Shown here in pieces: positions 17,065 through 24,817 of a stretch of DNA of 31,321 nucleotides. A program made the translations under genes and the position numbers. Each line of letters starts with the position of its first letter. Position 1 is the stretch's first letter. The stretch is taken from the NCBI GenBank assembly GCA_031367385.1, contig JANLPS010000204.1:1-31321 (forward strand), in the 5' to 3' direction. The stretch is from Archangium sp. GTDB taxonomy: Bacteria; Myxococcota; Myxococcia; Myxococcales; Myxococcaceae. A model generated the notes under the pieces. The model was not told the origin of the DNA and made no database searches. It saw only the letters and a program-made list of their open reading frames with translations.

Positions 17065-17322
17065 ATGTCGGATTCTCGCTCACTCGGTCGCGCGGCGGTG
17101 CTGGGTCTGGGAGCCGGCCTGGCGCTGGCAGCGGTCGCCCTGCTCGCGTTCGCGGTCGGGCACCTGAGTGTCGACTGCCAGCAGCTGACCACTGAAGAGT
17201 GCACTTTCGAGCACCAGATCTCGAACGAAGTCGCGCGCACCCAGGCCCTGGGAGCCTTGGGGCTGGCCTGCCTGGCGACCGGGCTGTTGCTCTTGGGGCG
17301 GCGTCGCCCGGGCCCTTCGTGA
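17065..17322 (+). CDS. Small two-TM membrane protein with C-x7-C loop
   Basis: Two hydrophobic helices flanking DCQQLTTEEC; basic C-terminal tail; 13 nt upstream of the ligase. Confidence 0.75.
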   Translation: MSDSRSLGRAAVLGLGAGLALAAVALLAFAVGHLSVDCQQLTTEECTFEHQISNEVARTQALGALGLACLATGLLLLGRRRPGPS

Positions 17323-17335
17323 TAGGCCTCCGCGC

Positions 17336-18865
17336 ATGGCGCTCGACCCGTTCAACCTGCCCGAGTCGTTGAACATTGCTGAGGTTTTTCTCTACCGGCA
17401 AGCCGCGGCACGGCCCGACGCCACGGCGATTTTTTTCGAAGAGCAGCGCATCACCTACTCGCAGTTGGCCGATGCCACTGACCGGGCGAGCGCGGTGTTT
17501 CGCGGGCTGGGGCTCGAGCAAGAGCAGCGCGTGTTGTTGATGCTGCCCGACGTGCCCCAATTTGCCTCGGCCTGGTTGGCGACGGTCAAAGCAGGCGGCG
17601 TGGTCAGCGCGGTGAACCCGGGCTTGAAAGCCGAAGAGGTCGAGTACTTCATCAACTACACGCGCGCGAAGATTCTGGTCGTCGATGCCGACACCGTCGC
17701 GACGGTCGAAGCGCTGCGTTCGCGGTGCCCGCACCTCAAGCACGTCTTGGTGGTCGGGGGCTCGTATGACACGGCGTTGGCGAAGGCGACGCCTGATCGC
17801 ACCTTCGCACCGACCCACCGAGAAGACGTCGCGGTCTGGTTGTACACTTCGGGGTCGACGGGTTTTCCGAAAGGGGCGGTGCACAAGCACGGTGACTTCG
17901 TGTTCAACGCACTGACCTATGGGCTGCCGGTCGTCGGGTACGGGCCGAACGACGTGTGCATCTCGGTGCCGCGGCTCGCGTTCGGGTACGCGCTGGGCAG
18001 CAACCTGCTTTTTCCTTTGCTCGCGGGTGGAGCGACGGCGCTGTTCAAAGAGAAGCCGACCGCCGAGAAGATCTTCGAGATGGTGAAGAAGCACCGGCCC
18101 ACGATGTTCACGGCGGTGCCGACCTCGCTCAACGGCCTGCTCAACGCGCCAGAGTTCGAGCAGGTTGATTTCTCATCGCTGCGAGTGGCGATCTCGGCTG
18201 GCGAAGCGCTGCCAGCGGAGCTGTATTCGCGGTGGAAGAAGCGCACCGGCGTCGAGATTCTCGATGGCATCGGCTCGGCCGAAATGTTTCACATCTTCAT
18301 CACCAACCGGCTCGGCGATGTGAAGCTCGGCTCGCTGGGCAAGGTGGTCGAGGGGTACGAAGCGAAGATCTGCGACGAGCAGGGCCGCGAAGTGCCACGC
18401 GGCGACATCGGCACCCTGTGGGTCAAGGGCCCGACCATGGCGCTCGAGTACTGGCACCAGCGCGAGAAATCGAAGAACACGTTTCGCGGCGAGTGGTGCG
18501 TCTCGGCTGATCAATTTCAAGAAGACGAAGACGGGTATTTCTATTTCTGTGGCCGCGGTGACGACATGCTGAAGGTCGGCGGCAAGTGGCTCTCTCCGGC
18601 CGAGGTCGAGAACGTGTTGCTGCAACACCCGGCGGTGCGAGAGGCGGCGGTGGTCGGGTTCAAAGACGCCGATGGGCTCGACAAACCGAAGGCGTTCGTC
18701 GCGTTGCACCCGAGTGAAAAAAGCAGCCCCGAGCTGGGGGAGGCGCTCAAGCAGCTGGTTCGCGAAGCGCTGGCACCGTTCAAGGCGCCCCGGCAGGTGG
18801 TGTTCATCGATGCGCTCCCGCGGAGTGACCGCGGCAAGGTGCTCAAGGGGCAGCTGCGAGAATGA
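17336..18865 (+). CDS. Benzoate/aminobenzoate-CoA ligase family protein
   Basis: WLYTSGSTGFPKG, FGYALGSNLLFP, SAGEALP, ILDGIGSAEMFHIF, GRGDDMLKVGG. Confidence 0.92.
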   Translation: MALDPFNLPESLNIAEVFLYRQAAARPDATAIFFEEQRITYSQLADATDRASAVFRGLGLEQEQRVLLMLPDVPQFASAWLATVKAGGVVSAVNPGLKAEEVEYFINYTRAKILVVDADTVATVEALRSRCPHLKHVLVVGGSYDTALAKATPDRTFAPTHREDVAVWLYTSGSTGFPKGAVHKHGDFVFNALTYGLPVVGYGPNDVCISVPRLAFGYALGSNLLFPLLAGGATALFKEKPTAEKIFEMVKKHRPTMFTAVPTSLNGLLNAPEFEQVDFSSLRVAISAGEALPAELYSRWKKRTGVEILDGIGSAEMFHIFITNRLGDVKLGSLGKVVEGYEAKICDEQGREVPRGDIGTLWVKGPTMALEYWHQREKSKNTFRGEWCVSADQFQEDEDGYFYFCGRGDDMLKVGGKWLSPAEVENVLLQHPAVREAAVVGFKDADGLDKPKAFVALHPSEKSSPELGEALKQLVREALAPFKAPRQVVFIDALPRSDRGKVLKGQLRE

Positions 18866-19593
18866 TGTACCTCGCACAAGAGTTGGCGTGGCCGCGGGTG
18901 AAGGCGCTTTCCGAAGCCGGCGCGGTGGCGTTGTTGCCGGTGGGCAGCACCGAGGCCCATGGGCCCCACCTGCCGCTGAGTGTCGATGTGATCATCGCTG
19001 AAGAGGTGTGCCGCAGAGCCAGCGCGCAGCTCGAGGTCGACACCGTGATGTTCCCCGCGTCGGTGTATTCGTTGACTGACTTCGCGGCGCCGTTCAGCGG
19101 CACGGTGAGTGTGCCTGCCGAGACGGCCAAAGCGTTGCTGGTCAGCGTGATCAAAGGCATCGCCACCAGTTTTTCGAAGATCGCGGTGATCAACCACCAC
19201 CTCGAGCCGGCGCATTTTCGAGTGGTGCACGCGGCAGCGAAAGAAGCGGCCGGCTCAGTGACGGCCAAGATCGTCGTGCCAGATCACCGTCGTGAGCCGG
19301 TGGGCCCGCGCCTGGGCCACGAGTTCATGCACGGCGGCAGTCACGCCGGGGGGTATGAGACGTCGCTGATGTTGGCCGCGGCTCCGCAGCTGGTGGGTGA
19401 GGCAGAACGTCGGGTCTTGACCAAGCTCGAGGTCGATCTCCCCGCTCGCATCAAGGCCGGAGCGACCAATTTTCTCGAGTGTGGTGGGTCTGACGCCTAC
19501 TTCGGAGACCCCCAGGCCGCCACTGCCGATGAGGGCAACCGGCTCTTCGCGATCATCGTCGAGCAGGCCGTCGGCGCGATTCGCGGCCTCTGA
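18862..19593 (+). CDS. Creatininase-family metal amidohydrolase
   Basis: PVGSTEAHGPHLPLSVD, HAGGYETS, YFGDP..AT..EG; ATGA overlap with the ligase. Confidence 0.9.
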   Translation: MMYLAQELAWPRVKALSEAGAVALLPVGSTEAHGPHLPLSVDVIIAEEVCRRASAQLEVDTVMFPASVYSLTDFAAPFSGTVSVPAETAKALLVSVIKGIATSFSKIAVINHHLEPAHFRVVHAAAKEAAGSVTAKIVVPDHRREPVGPRLGHEFMHGGSHAGGYETSLMLAAAPQLVGEAERRVLTKLEVDLPARIKAGATNFLECGGSDAYFGDPQAATADEGNRLFAIIVEQAVGAIRGL

Positions 19594-19633
19594 AAGCTCG
19601 CCTTGGCCCGCCCAACTCGGGCACAATCGGGCC

Positions 19634-20920
19634 ATGCGCATTTGGCTGTTGCTCGCTCTCGTGGTCGCGGCGCCCGCACTCGCGCAAAAGAAGAAGGTCG
19701 TTGTCGATGCGCCTTCGAATGTGGCCAAGGCCGTCGGGGCTGCGCTCGCGAAGAAGTACGAGGCGGTGCATGCAGCCAAGCCGATGAGCGCGACTCCGCT
19801 CACCAAAGAAATTCGAGAGGCGTGTGAACCCACTGGCGCGGTCGCGGTGGTGATCGTTCGCGCGGTGGCCGGTGGGTATTCGGTTCAGGTGTTGAGCGCG
19901 TTCGACGGCACGCCGCTCGATACATTCGATTTTCGGGGCGCTCCGAAGAAGCCGCTGAAGGCGCTGCCGAAGCCCGCGGCGACGCAGCTCAATGATGCGC
20001 TGCAAGAGGCGAGAGCCGCGGGTGAGAAGCCGAAGCCCCCGCCAGTCGAGGTTGCGGCCACGCCTGCGCCGACACAGACCGCGCCGACGGCCCCGGCCCC
20101 GCAGCCGGTGGCTGAGAAGCCTGCTGTGGCAGAGCGCACGCCGACTCCGACTGTTGTCTCTGAGCCGAGCGGGCCGCCGCCCAACCCGGAGGATTTGCGA
20201 ACCGCGTTTCGTGCGAGCTTTGGGTTTCGCGAGTTCAACCGCGCCCTCAACTGGGACTCGACGAAGAGCGCGTCATTGTCGGGGTACAGCGTCGGGCTCG
20301 CTCCAGCGATCGCGGTCGGGGCGACGTGGTTTCCTGCGGCTGGGTTCACGACCGGGTTCATCGCGAATCTAGGTGTCACGACCCTCGCTGACATCGGTGT
20401 CGGCCTCGATTCTTCGCCGCTCGGTGACAAGAACCGGTTTGGCACCAGCACCATTCGATTTCAGCTCGGCGCGCTGGTGCGGTTGCCGCTGAGCACGGTG
20501 TTCGAGGTCAACGCGGGCGCGGGGTATTCGAGCCAGACGTTCACCGTGTCGGCGCAGTCGGTCAACGGCAAGGTGAATCGACCCGATTTGCCGGGCGTCG
20601 CATTCAATGGCCCTCGCGCGATGGTGGGGGTGCGGCTCAACAAGCTCGGGCCCGTATCGATCGACGTGACCGCCGGGTTCATGTACGCGGTCGGCAAGGG
20701 CGAGGTCGGTTCGGAGTCGTTTTTTCCGAAGGCCACCGTGTTTGGGGTTGATGCCGGCGCGGGTGTCTCGCTGGCGTTGACGGCGCATGTCGAAGCGCGG
20801 TTGGGCTTTGATTACTCGCGGTATTTCATTCGCCCGAACGCGGCGGGGGCCATCGTGACCGCAGGCAGCGGGTCTGATCAGTACATCAGCGGCAATGTGT
20901 CGCTGGTGTTCGTGCTGTAA
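19634..20920 (+). CDS. Secreted protein: N-terminal domain, Pro/Ala linker, probable C-terminal outer-membrane beta-barrel
   Basis: Signal peptide MRIWLLLALVVAAPALA; PAPT-rich linker; amphipathic strands with aromatic residues to the C-terminus. Confidence 0.75.
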   Translation: MRIWLLLALVVAAPALAQKKKVVVDAPSNVAKAVGAALAKKYEAVHAAKPMSATPLTKEIREACEPTGAVAVVIVRAVAGGYSVQVLSAFDGTPLDTFDFRGAPKKPLKALPKPAATQLNDALQEARAAGEKPKPPPVEVAATPAPTQTAPTAPAPQPVAEKPAVAERTPTPTVVSEPSGPPPNPEDLRTAFRASFGFREFNRALNWDSTKSASLSGYSVGLAPAIAVGATWFPAAGFTTGFIANLGVTTLADIGVGLDSSPLGDKNRFGTSTIRFQLGALVRLPLSTVFEVNAGAGYSSQTFTVSAQSVNGKVNRPDLPGVAFNGPRAMVGVRLNKLGPVSIDVTAGFMYAVGKGEVGSESFFPKATVFGVDAGAGVSLALTAHVEARLGFDYSRYFIRPNAAGAIVTAGSGSDQYISGNVSLVFVL

Positions 20921-20932
20921 ATTCGTTCAGTG

Positions 20933-20987
20933 CTGAAACTGTCAGTTTCAGATTTTACAAACTGTCAGTTTCAGATTTTGCAAACTG
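20933..20987. repeat. 23-bp tandem repeat (2 copies plus a partial) containing palindrome CTGAAACTG-T-CAGTTTCAG
   Basis: aaactgtcagtttcagattttac (20936-20958), aaactgtcagtttcagattttgc (20959-20981), aaactg (20982-20987). Confidence 0.9.
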
Positions 20988-21021
20988 ATGTGCGCCGAGC
21001 CGCGAGGGTTCTTTGAGCCTC

Positions 21022-23022
21022 TCACGACGAACGGAGGTGCTCTGCGCGCTTCGTTGCCTCGGCTTGGCTGGTGCGAATGGTTGACCGCTCAGCCTCGAGC
21101 GTTACCAGTCGTTGCCCCAGCGTCTTCGCCGCCTCGACGGCCCCGCCCTTGCCGAGCGCGGTGAGCGTCTCGCGCAGCTCGTTGATCTCGGCCGTCAGCT
21201 GATCGAAGCGCAGGCGCAGTTCTTCTGCTCGTGCGGTCTCTGCTTCGGCCTTCGACAATTGACTCTGCAACCGCTCGAGCACCTGCCGATCAGCGCTCGG
21301 CAGCGCGTGGGTGGTCTTGGTCAGCAGCTCGGCCACCCGCTGTGAGGTCAGCTTCGCCAGCCCCACCCGTTGCTCGACCGCGCCCTCTTCAATCAGCTCG
21401 ATCGTCTTTTCACCGCGAGGCTCGATCGTGACCCGCGCGTACCTCGGCTGGCCTGGCGACCGCACGTCTTCTTCGGCGCCAGAGGTCACTCGAAACTTCG
21501 CCTCGGGCAGCTCGACGAGCGCCGTTCGCTTGACCTGGGCCCTCGATTGAAACGTGAGCTCGTGCTTCACCACGTCGACCCGCTTGATCAGCAGCACCCC
21601 GTTGCTCACCGAGGCGTGCTTGGTCTCGCCTTCGGTGCGTGAGCTGGTGCGACCGACCTCGACGTCGAGGTCAACGCCGTGCTTCACCACTCGCACCTCG
21701 CCTGGCTTGATGCGATCGATCTGGGTTTCTCCGGCGTAAGCGCCATCGGCGAAGATCGCCAAGGTGCCGCCTTCGAGCGTGAGCTTGGTCGTGTTCTCGA
21801 TTCGCACGGCCGAGAAGACCTGGCCGCTCGCATCGACCATCGACACCGCCTCGGCCCCAGTCGCGGAGTCGACGATCGGCAACAGCGCGCTCCGCCTCGC
21901 GCCCAAGACGACTGGCTCTCGCACGGTGTACAAGAACAGATTGCCCGCTTCGCTGACCGCCGCGGCTTCGAGCGGAGTCGGCCCATCTTCGAGAATCGTC
22001 GATACGACGGAGTCACCGACCGAGGTCACGCTCGCGCCGTACCCATACGACGCAGACCCAGAGCCTCTGCCGCCGCCGGTGGTGCCGATGCCGCTCAGGG
22101 CGATGCCCCCGCCCTCGGCCGGAGAACCGTGCAGGTGATCTTGCGCCTCGCGCGTCGCCAACTGCGGCGCGGTGGCAAGCCCATCTTCAGGGCTGAGCAG
22201 GTCTCGCCGCCCATACCGAGGCCCCGCGAGGGGAAACAGAAACGACGTCGGCCGCCCCGAAGCGAGGGACACCCGTACACCACTCCACGGCTCGTCGGAG
22301 TCATTGTGAACCAGCGCAAACCCCTGCAAACGCGCGCCGCTCTTGCCCATCACCAGCCGGTAGGTCGTTCTCCACACCGCGGCCTCGGTGGTGTACCCGA
22401 CCGCGACCTCGCCGGCTCCGGCCGAGCCCCGCACCACCAAGCGCTCTGGCTCGGGCTGCAGCGCCATCGTGGCCGCCGCACGCGACCAGGCCCGTGAGAC
22501 CGCGCCTTCGATGGGCCGAACCGCGCGAATCAGCCGCAGCGGCGTCTTGGCCAACCCACCCTCGCCAAACACCATCAACATCGGGTCATCGACCGGTTTG
22601 CCCTCTTTGTCGGTGCGCTTCTCATCATCGCTCACTTCGAGCACCCGACCGCGCATGGCGGAGGCATCGAGCAGCGTCACCTGCACGTCGACGCCCTCGA
22701 GCGCGCGCAGCAACGCCAGCAACGAGCGCTGCTCTGCGGGCCCCGGCAGGCCCGCCATCGCCCGCGCGGCGTCTTTCGCCAGCGGAGGCGCGAACTCGAC
22801 CGAGGCCACGCCCCGGCCCGAAATCACCACCAGCGACTTGAGCGCATCATCGAGCTGCCCCGCTTCGAGTGGAATCTCGGCCACTTGCCCCGCCGCGACC
22901 GCGCCGCGACGCTCGAAGTAGCCGACTCCGTTTTCGTAGAGCACCAGGCTTCGAAGCGGCAGTGGCGTCGAACGGGCATCACCCGCGGCAACCGTGAGCA
23001 TCATCACCAGAGTCGCGAGCAT
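21022..23022 (-). CDS. DUF4139-domain secreted protein
   Basis: Signal peptide; LYENGVGYFERRG, LDDALKSL, WRTTYRL, VHNDSDEPWSGVRVSLASGRP, LFLY; C-terminal coiled coil. Confidence 0.85.
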   Translation of the reverse strand: MLATLVMMLTVAAGDARSTPLPLRSLVLYENGVGYFERRGAVAAGQVAEIPLEAGQLDDALKSLVVISGRGVASVEFAPPLAKDAARAMAGLPGPAEQRSLLALLRALEGVDVQVTLLDASAMRGRVLEVSDDEKRTDKEGKPVDDPMLMVFGEGGLAKTPLRLIRAVRPIEGAVSRAWSRAAATMALQPEPERLVVRGSAGAGEVAVGYTTEAAVWRTTYRLVMGKSGARLQGFALVHNDSDEPWSGVRVSLASGRPTSFLFPLAGPRYGRRDLLSPEDGLATAPQLATREAQDHLHGSPAEGGGIALSGIGTTGGGRGSGSASYGYGASVTSVGDSVVSTILEDGPTPLEAAAVSEAGNLFLYTVREPVVLGARRSALLPIVDSATGAEAVSMVDASGQVFSAVRIENTTKLTLEGGTLAIFADGAYAGETQIDRIKPGEVRVVKHGVDLDVEVGRTSSRTEGETKHASVSNGVLLIKRVDVVKHELTFQSRAQVKRTALVELPEAKFRVTSGAEEDVRSPGQPRYARVTIEPRGEKTIELIEEGAVEQRVGLAKLTSQRVAELLTKTTHALPSADRQVLERLQSQLSKAEAETARAEELRLRFDQLTAEINELRETLTALGKGGAVEAAKTLGQRLVTLEAERSTIRTSQAEATKRAEHLRSS

Positions 23023-23079
23023 GGCGCCCCCGACACCATGCCCATATTTCGGGTTTCATCTTCTGTGGTTCACTTGCGC

Positions 23080-23093
23080 TTATACCAAAGTAT
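23080..23093. promoter_or_regulatory. Candidate LysR box (T-N11-A with ATAC-N4-GTAT dyad)
   Basis: ttataccaaagtat in the divergent DUF4139/LysR intergenic region. Confidence 0.4.
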
Positions 23094-23129
23094 GGCTAAT
23101 GAACGACTCGCCCCCTTGGAGGTCGTCTC

Positions 23130-24020
23130 ATGCAGCTCGAATCGCTCAAGATGTTCGTCGATGTCGTTGAAACGGGTTCGTTTTCGCGCGCGGCCCAGTT
23201 GAACCACGTGACGCAGTCGGCGGTGAGCCAGCAGATTCGGGCCCTCGAGACGCGGTACGAGCAGCGGTTGCTTTCGCGCAGCGCTCGGCAGGTGACGCCG
23301 ACTCCGGCGGGTGAGCGACTCTTTCGAGGCTGCAAAGAAATTCTCGCTCGCTTCTCAGAGGTCGAAGGCGAGATTCGCGAGCAGGCGATGGAGATCTCCG
23401 GCGCTGCGACGGTCTCGACCATCTACTCGGTCGGGTTGCACGAGCTGTCGCACATTCAACGCGAGCTGTTGCGGGCGCACCCGAAAGTGAACCTGCGCCT
23501 CAACTATCGCAGGTCTGATCAGGTGTACGACGACGTGATTCTCGGCGCGGCTGATCTCGGGCTGGTGGCCTACCCGCTGCCTCGGGCGGGCGTCGACATC
23601 ATCCCCTTCCGCGAAGACAAGCTGGTGTGCGTGAGCGCTCCGGGCCATGCGTTGACGAGCAAAGCGAAGGTCGCGATGTCGGCGATCGCCGGGCTGCCCT
23701 TCATCGCGTTCGACCGCGAAGCGCCGAGCCGCAAGGGCATCGACAAGCTCTTTCGCGACAAGGGCTTCGAGCTGACCCCGTTCATGGAGATGGACAACGT
23801 CGAGACCATCAAGCGTGCGGTCGAGCTGGGCCTGGGCGTCTCGGTCTTGCCGCTGCCGACCGTCTCACACGAAGTTGCCAACGGCTCTCTGGTGGCGAAG
23901 CCCTTCGTCGAGGGCACCTTCACCCGCCCCATCGGCATCTTGGTGCGCAAGGGCAAATACCTCTCGCGCGCCTCGCAAGCCGTGCTCGACACGTTCAAGA
24001 AGTCGAGCGCCGACGAGTAA
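23130..24020 (+). CDS. LysR-family transcriptional regulator
   Basis: GSFSRAAQLNHVTQSAVSQQIRALE HTH; ETIKRAVELGLGVSVLP; GGAGG SD at 23118-23122. Confidence 0.96.
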   Translation: MQLESLKMFVDVVETGSFSRAAQLNHVTQSAVSQQIRALETRYEQRLLSRSARQVTPTPAGERLFRGCKEILARFSEVEGEIREQAMEISGAATVSTIYSVGLHELSHIQRELLRAHPKVNLRLNYRRSDQVYDDVILGAADLGLVAYPLPRAGVDIIPFREDKLVCVSAPGHALTSKAKVAMSAIAGLPFIAFDREAPSRKGIDKLFRDKGFELTPFMEMDNVETIKRAVELGLGVSVLPLPTVSHEVANGSLVAKPFVEGTFTRPIGILVRKGKYLSRASQAVLDTFKKSSADE

Positions 24021-24109
24021 AGGGGACAGGCTGGTTTAATTGAACCAGCCGGAGCTCCAGTGCAACTCGACGGTTCAGTTAAACCAGCCTGTCCAGCCTG
24101 TCCCCTTTA
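24018..24109. repeat. MITE/REP-doublet-like palindromic element with terminal inverted repeats, flanked by TA
   Basis: taaaggggacaggctgg (24018-24034) is the exact reverse complement of ccagcctgtccccttta (24093-24109); inner 23-bp IR 24024-24046 / 24072-24094 with one mismatch. Confidence 0.8.
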
Positions 24110-24808
24110 TTGCCCTGTACCCGTGAAGTCTTGCACCTGGGTGCCCGCGGGCGGTGAGAGCTTGAAGGCGAGCTCATCGACGCCCACGTTGGTCTTCAAG
24201 TCGATGAAGGTGATCGCGTTCTCGCTGCCGTCGGGGTCGATGACCGTGCTCTTGGTCACCATCGCCGAGCCAGGGTCGACCTCGAGCAGCACCTTCTTGA
24301 ACCGCGAATCAATCTCGAGCGGAGTCAGCTCGAGCAGCGTGCCCTTGCACGTCTCGCACGGCTTCTGGGCGATCGAAAACTCATCAGCGAGCCGGCCCTG
24401 CCCCCACAAGAACGTCACAGACGCCGACAGTTTGTTCGTCGAGATCATCGCTCGGGTGAGCAGCTTGGCCTCGGGGTCGTAGGCGTACACCCGCTCCTTC
24501 GCGAGCACGAAGGTCTTGGGTGACGGCTTCTCGTACTCCCAGCGCATCAGCGCAGGCTTGCGGTAGGTGACGGTGCCGGTCGAGGTCTGCACGCGCTTGA
24601 AGGCCTTGTACGAATAGTCCTGCCGAAACGAAGCCTTGAAGTCTTGGGTCTTTTCGTAAAACGACTGCACCCGCTCGACCAGCGTTCTCACCTCAGGGGT
24701 CATCGTGCCGCCGACCCGAGGCGGCTTGACCGCAGCGCCCGCGTCGACTGTCGCGAACGCACCTGGGTGCGACATCAAATAGAAGCCCAAGAAAAATCGA
24801 GTCACCAT
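24107..24808 (-). CDS. lolA: Outer-membrane lipoprotein carrier protein LolA family
   Basis: DFKASFRQ, GTVTYRKPALMRWEYEKP, VYAYDP, FKLSPPAGTQV. Confidence 0.85.
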   Translation of the reverse strand: MVTRFFLGFYLMSHPGAFATVDAGAAVKPPRVGGTMTPEVRTLVERVQSFYEKTQDFKASFRQDYSYKAFKRVQTSTGTVTYRKPALMRWEYEKPSPKTFVLAKERVYAYDPEAKLLTRAMISTNKLSASVTFLWGQGRLADEFSIAQKPCETCKGTLLELTPLEIDSRFKKVLLEVDPGSAMVTKSTVIDPDGSENAITFIDLKTNVGVDELAFKLSPPAGTQVQDFTGTGQ

Positions 24809-24817
24809 GAAAGCTCC

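Noticed and set aside
15753..18094. Long ORFs 15753-17033 (+) and 16931-18094 (-)
   Set aside because: Shadows of the glycosyltransferase and CoA ligase, which carry clear motifs
11576..19593. Secondary-metabolite biosynthetic cluster
   Set aside because: No carrier protein, ketosynthase or condensation domain; the gene set fits CoA-dependent catabolism better
20936..20987. CRISPR array
   Set aside because: Repeats are directly adjacent with no spacers, and no cas genes are present
23103..23126. Hairpin ACGAC...GTCGT overlapping the lysR SD as a riboregulator
   Set aside because: Short stem expected by chance at this GC content
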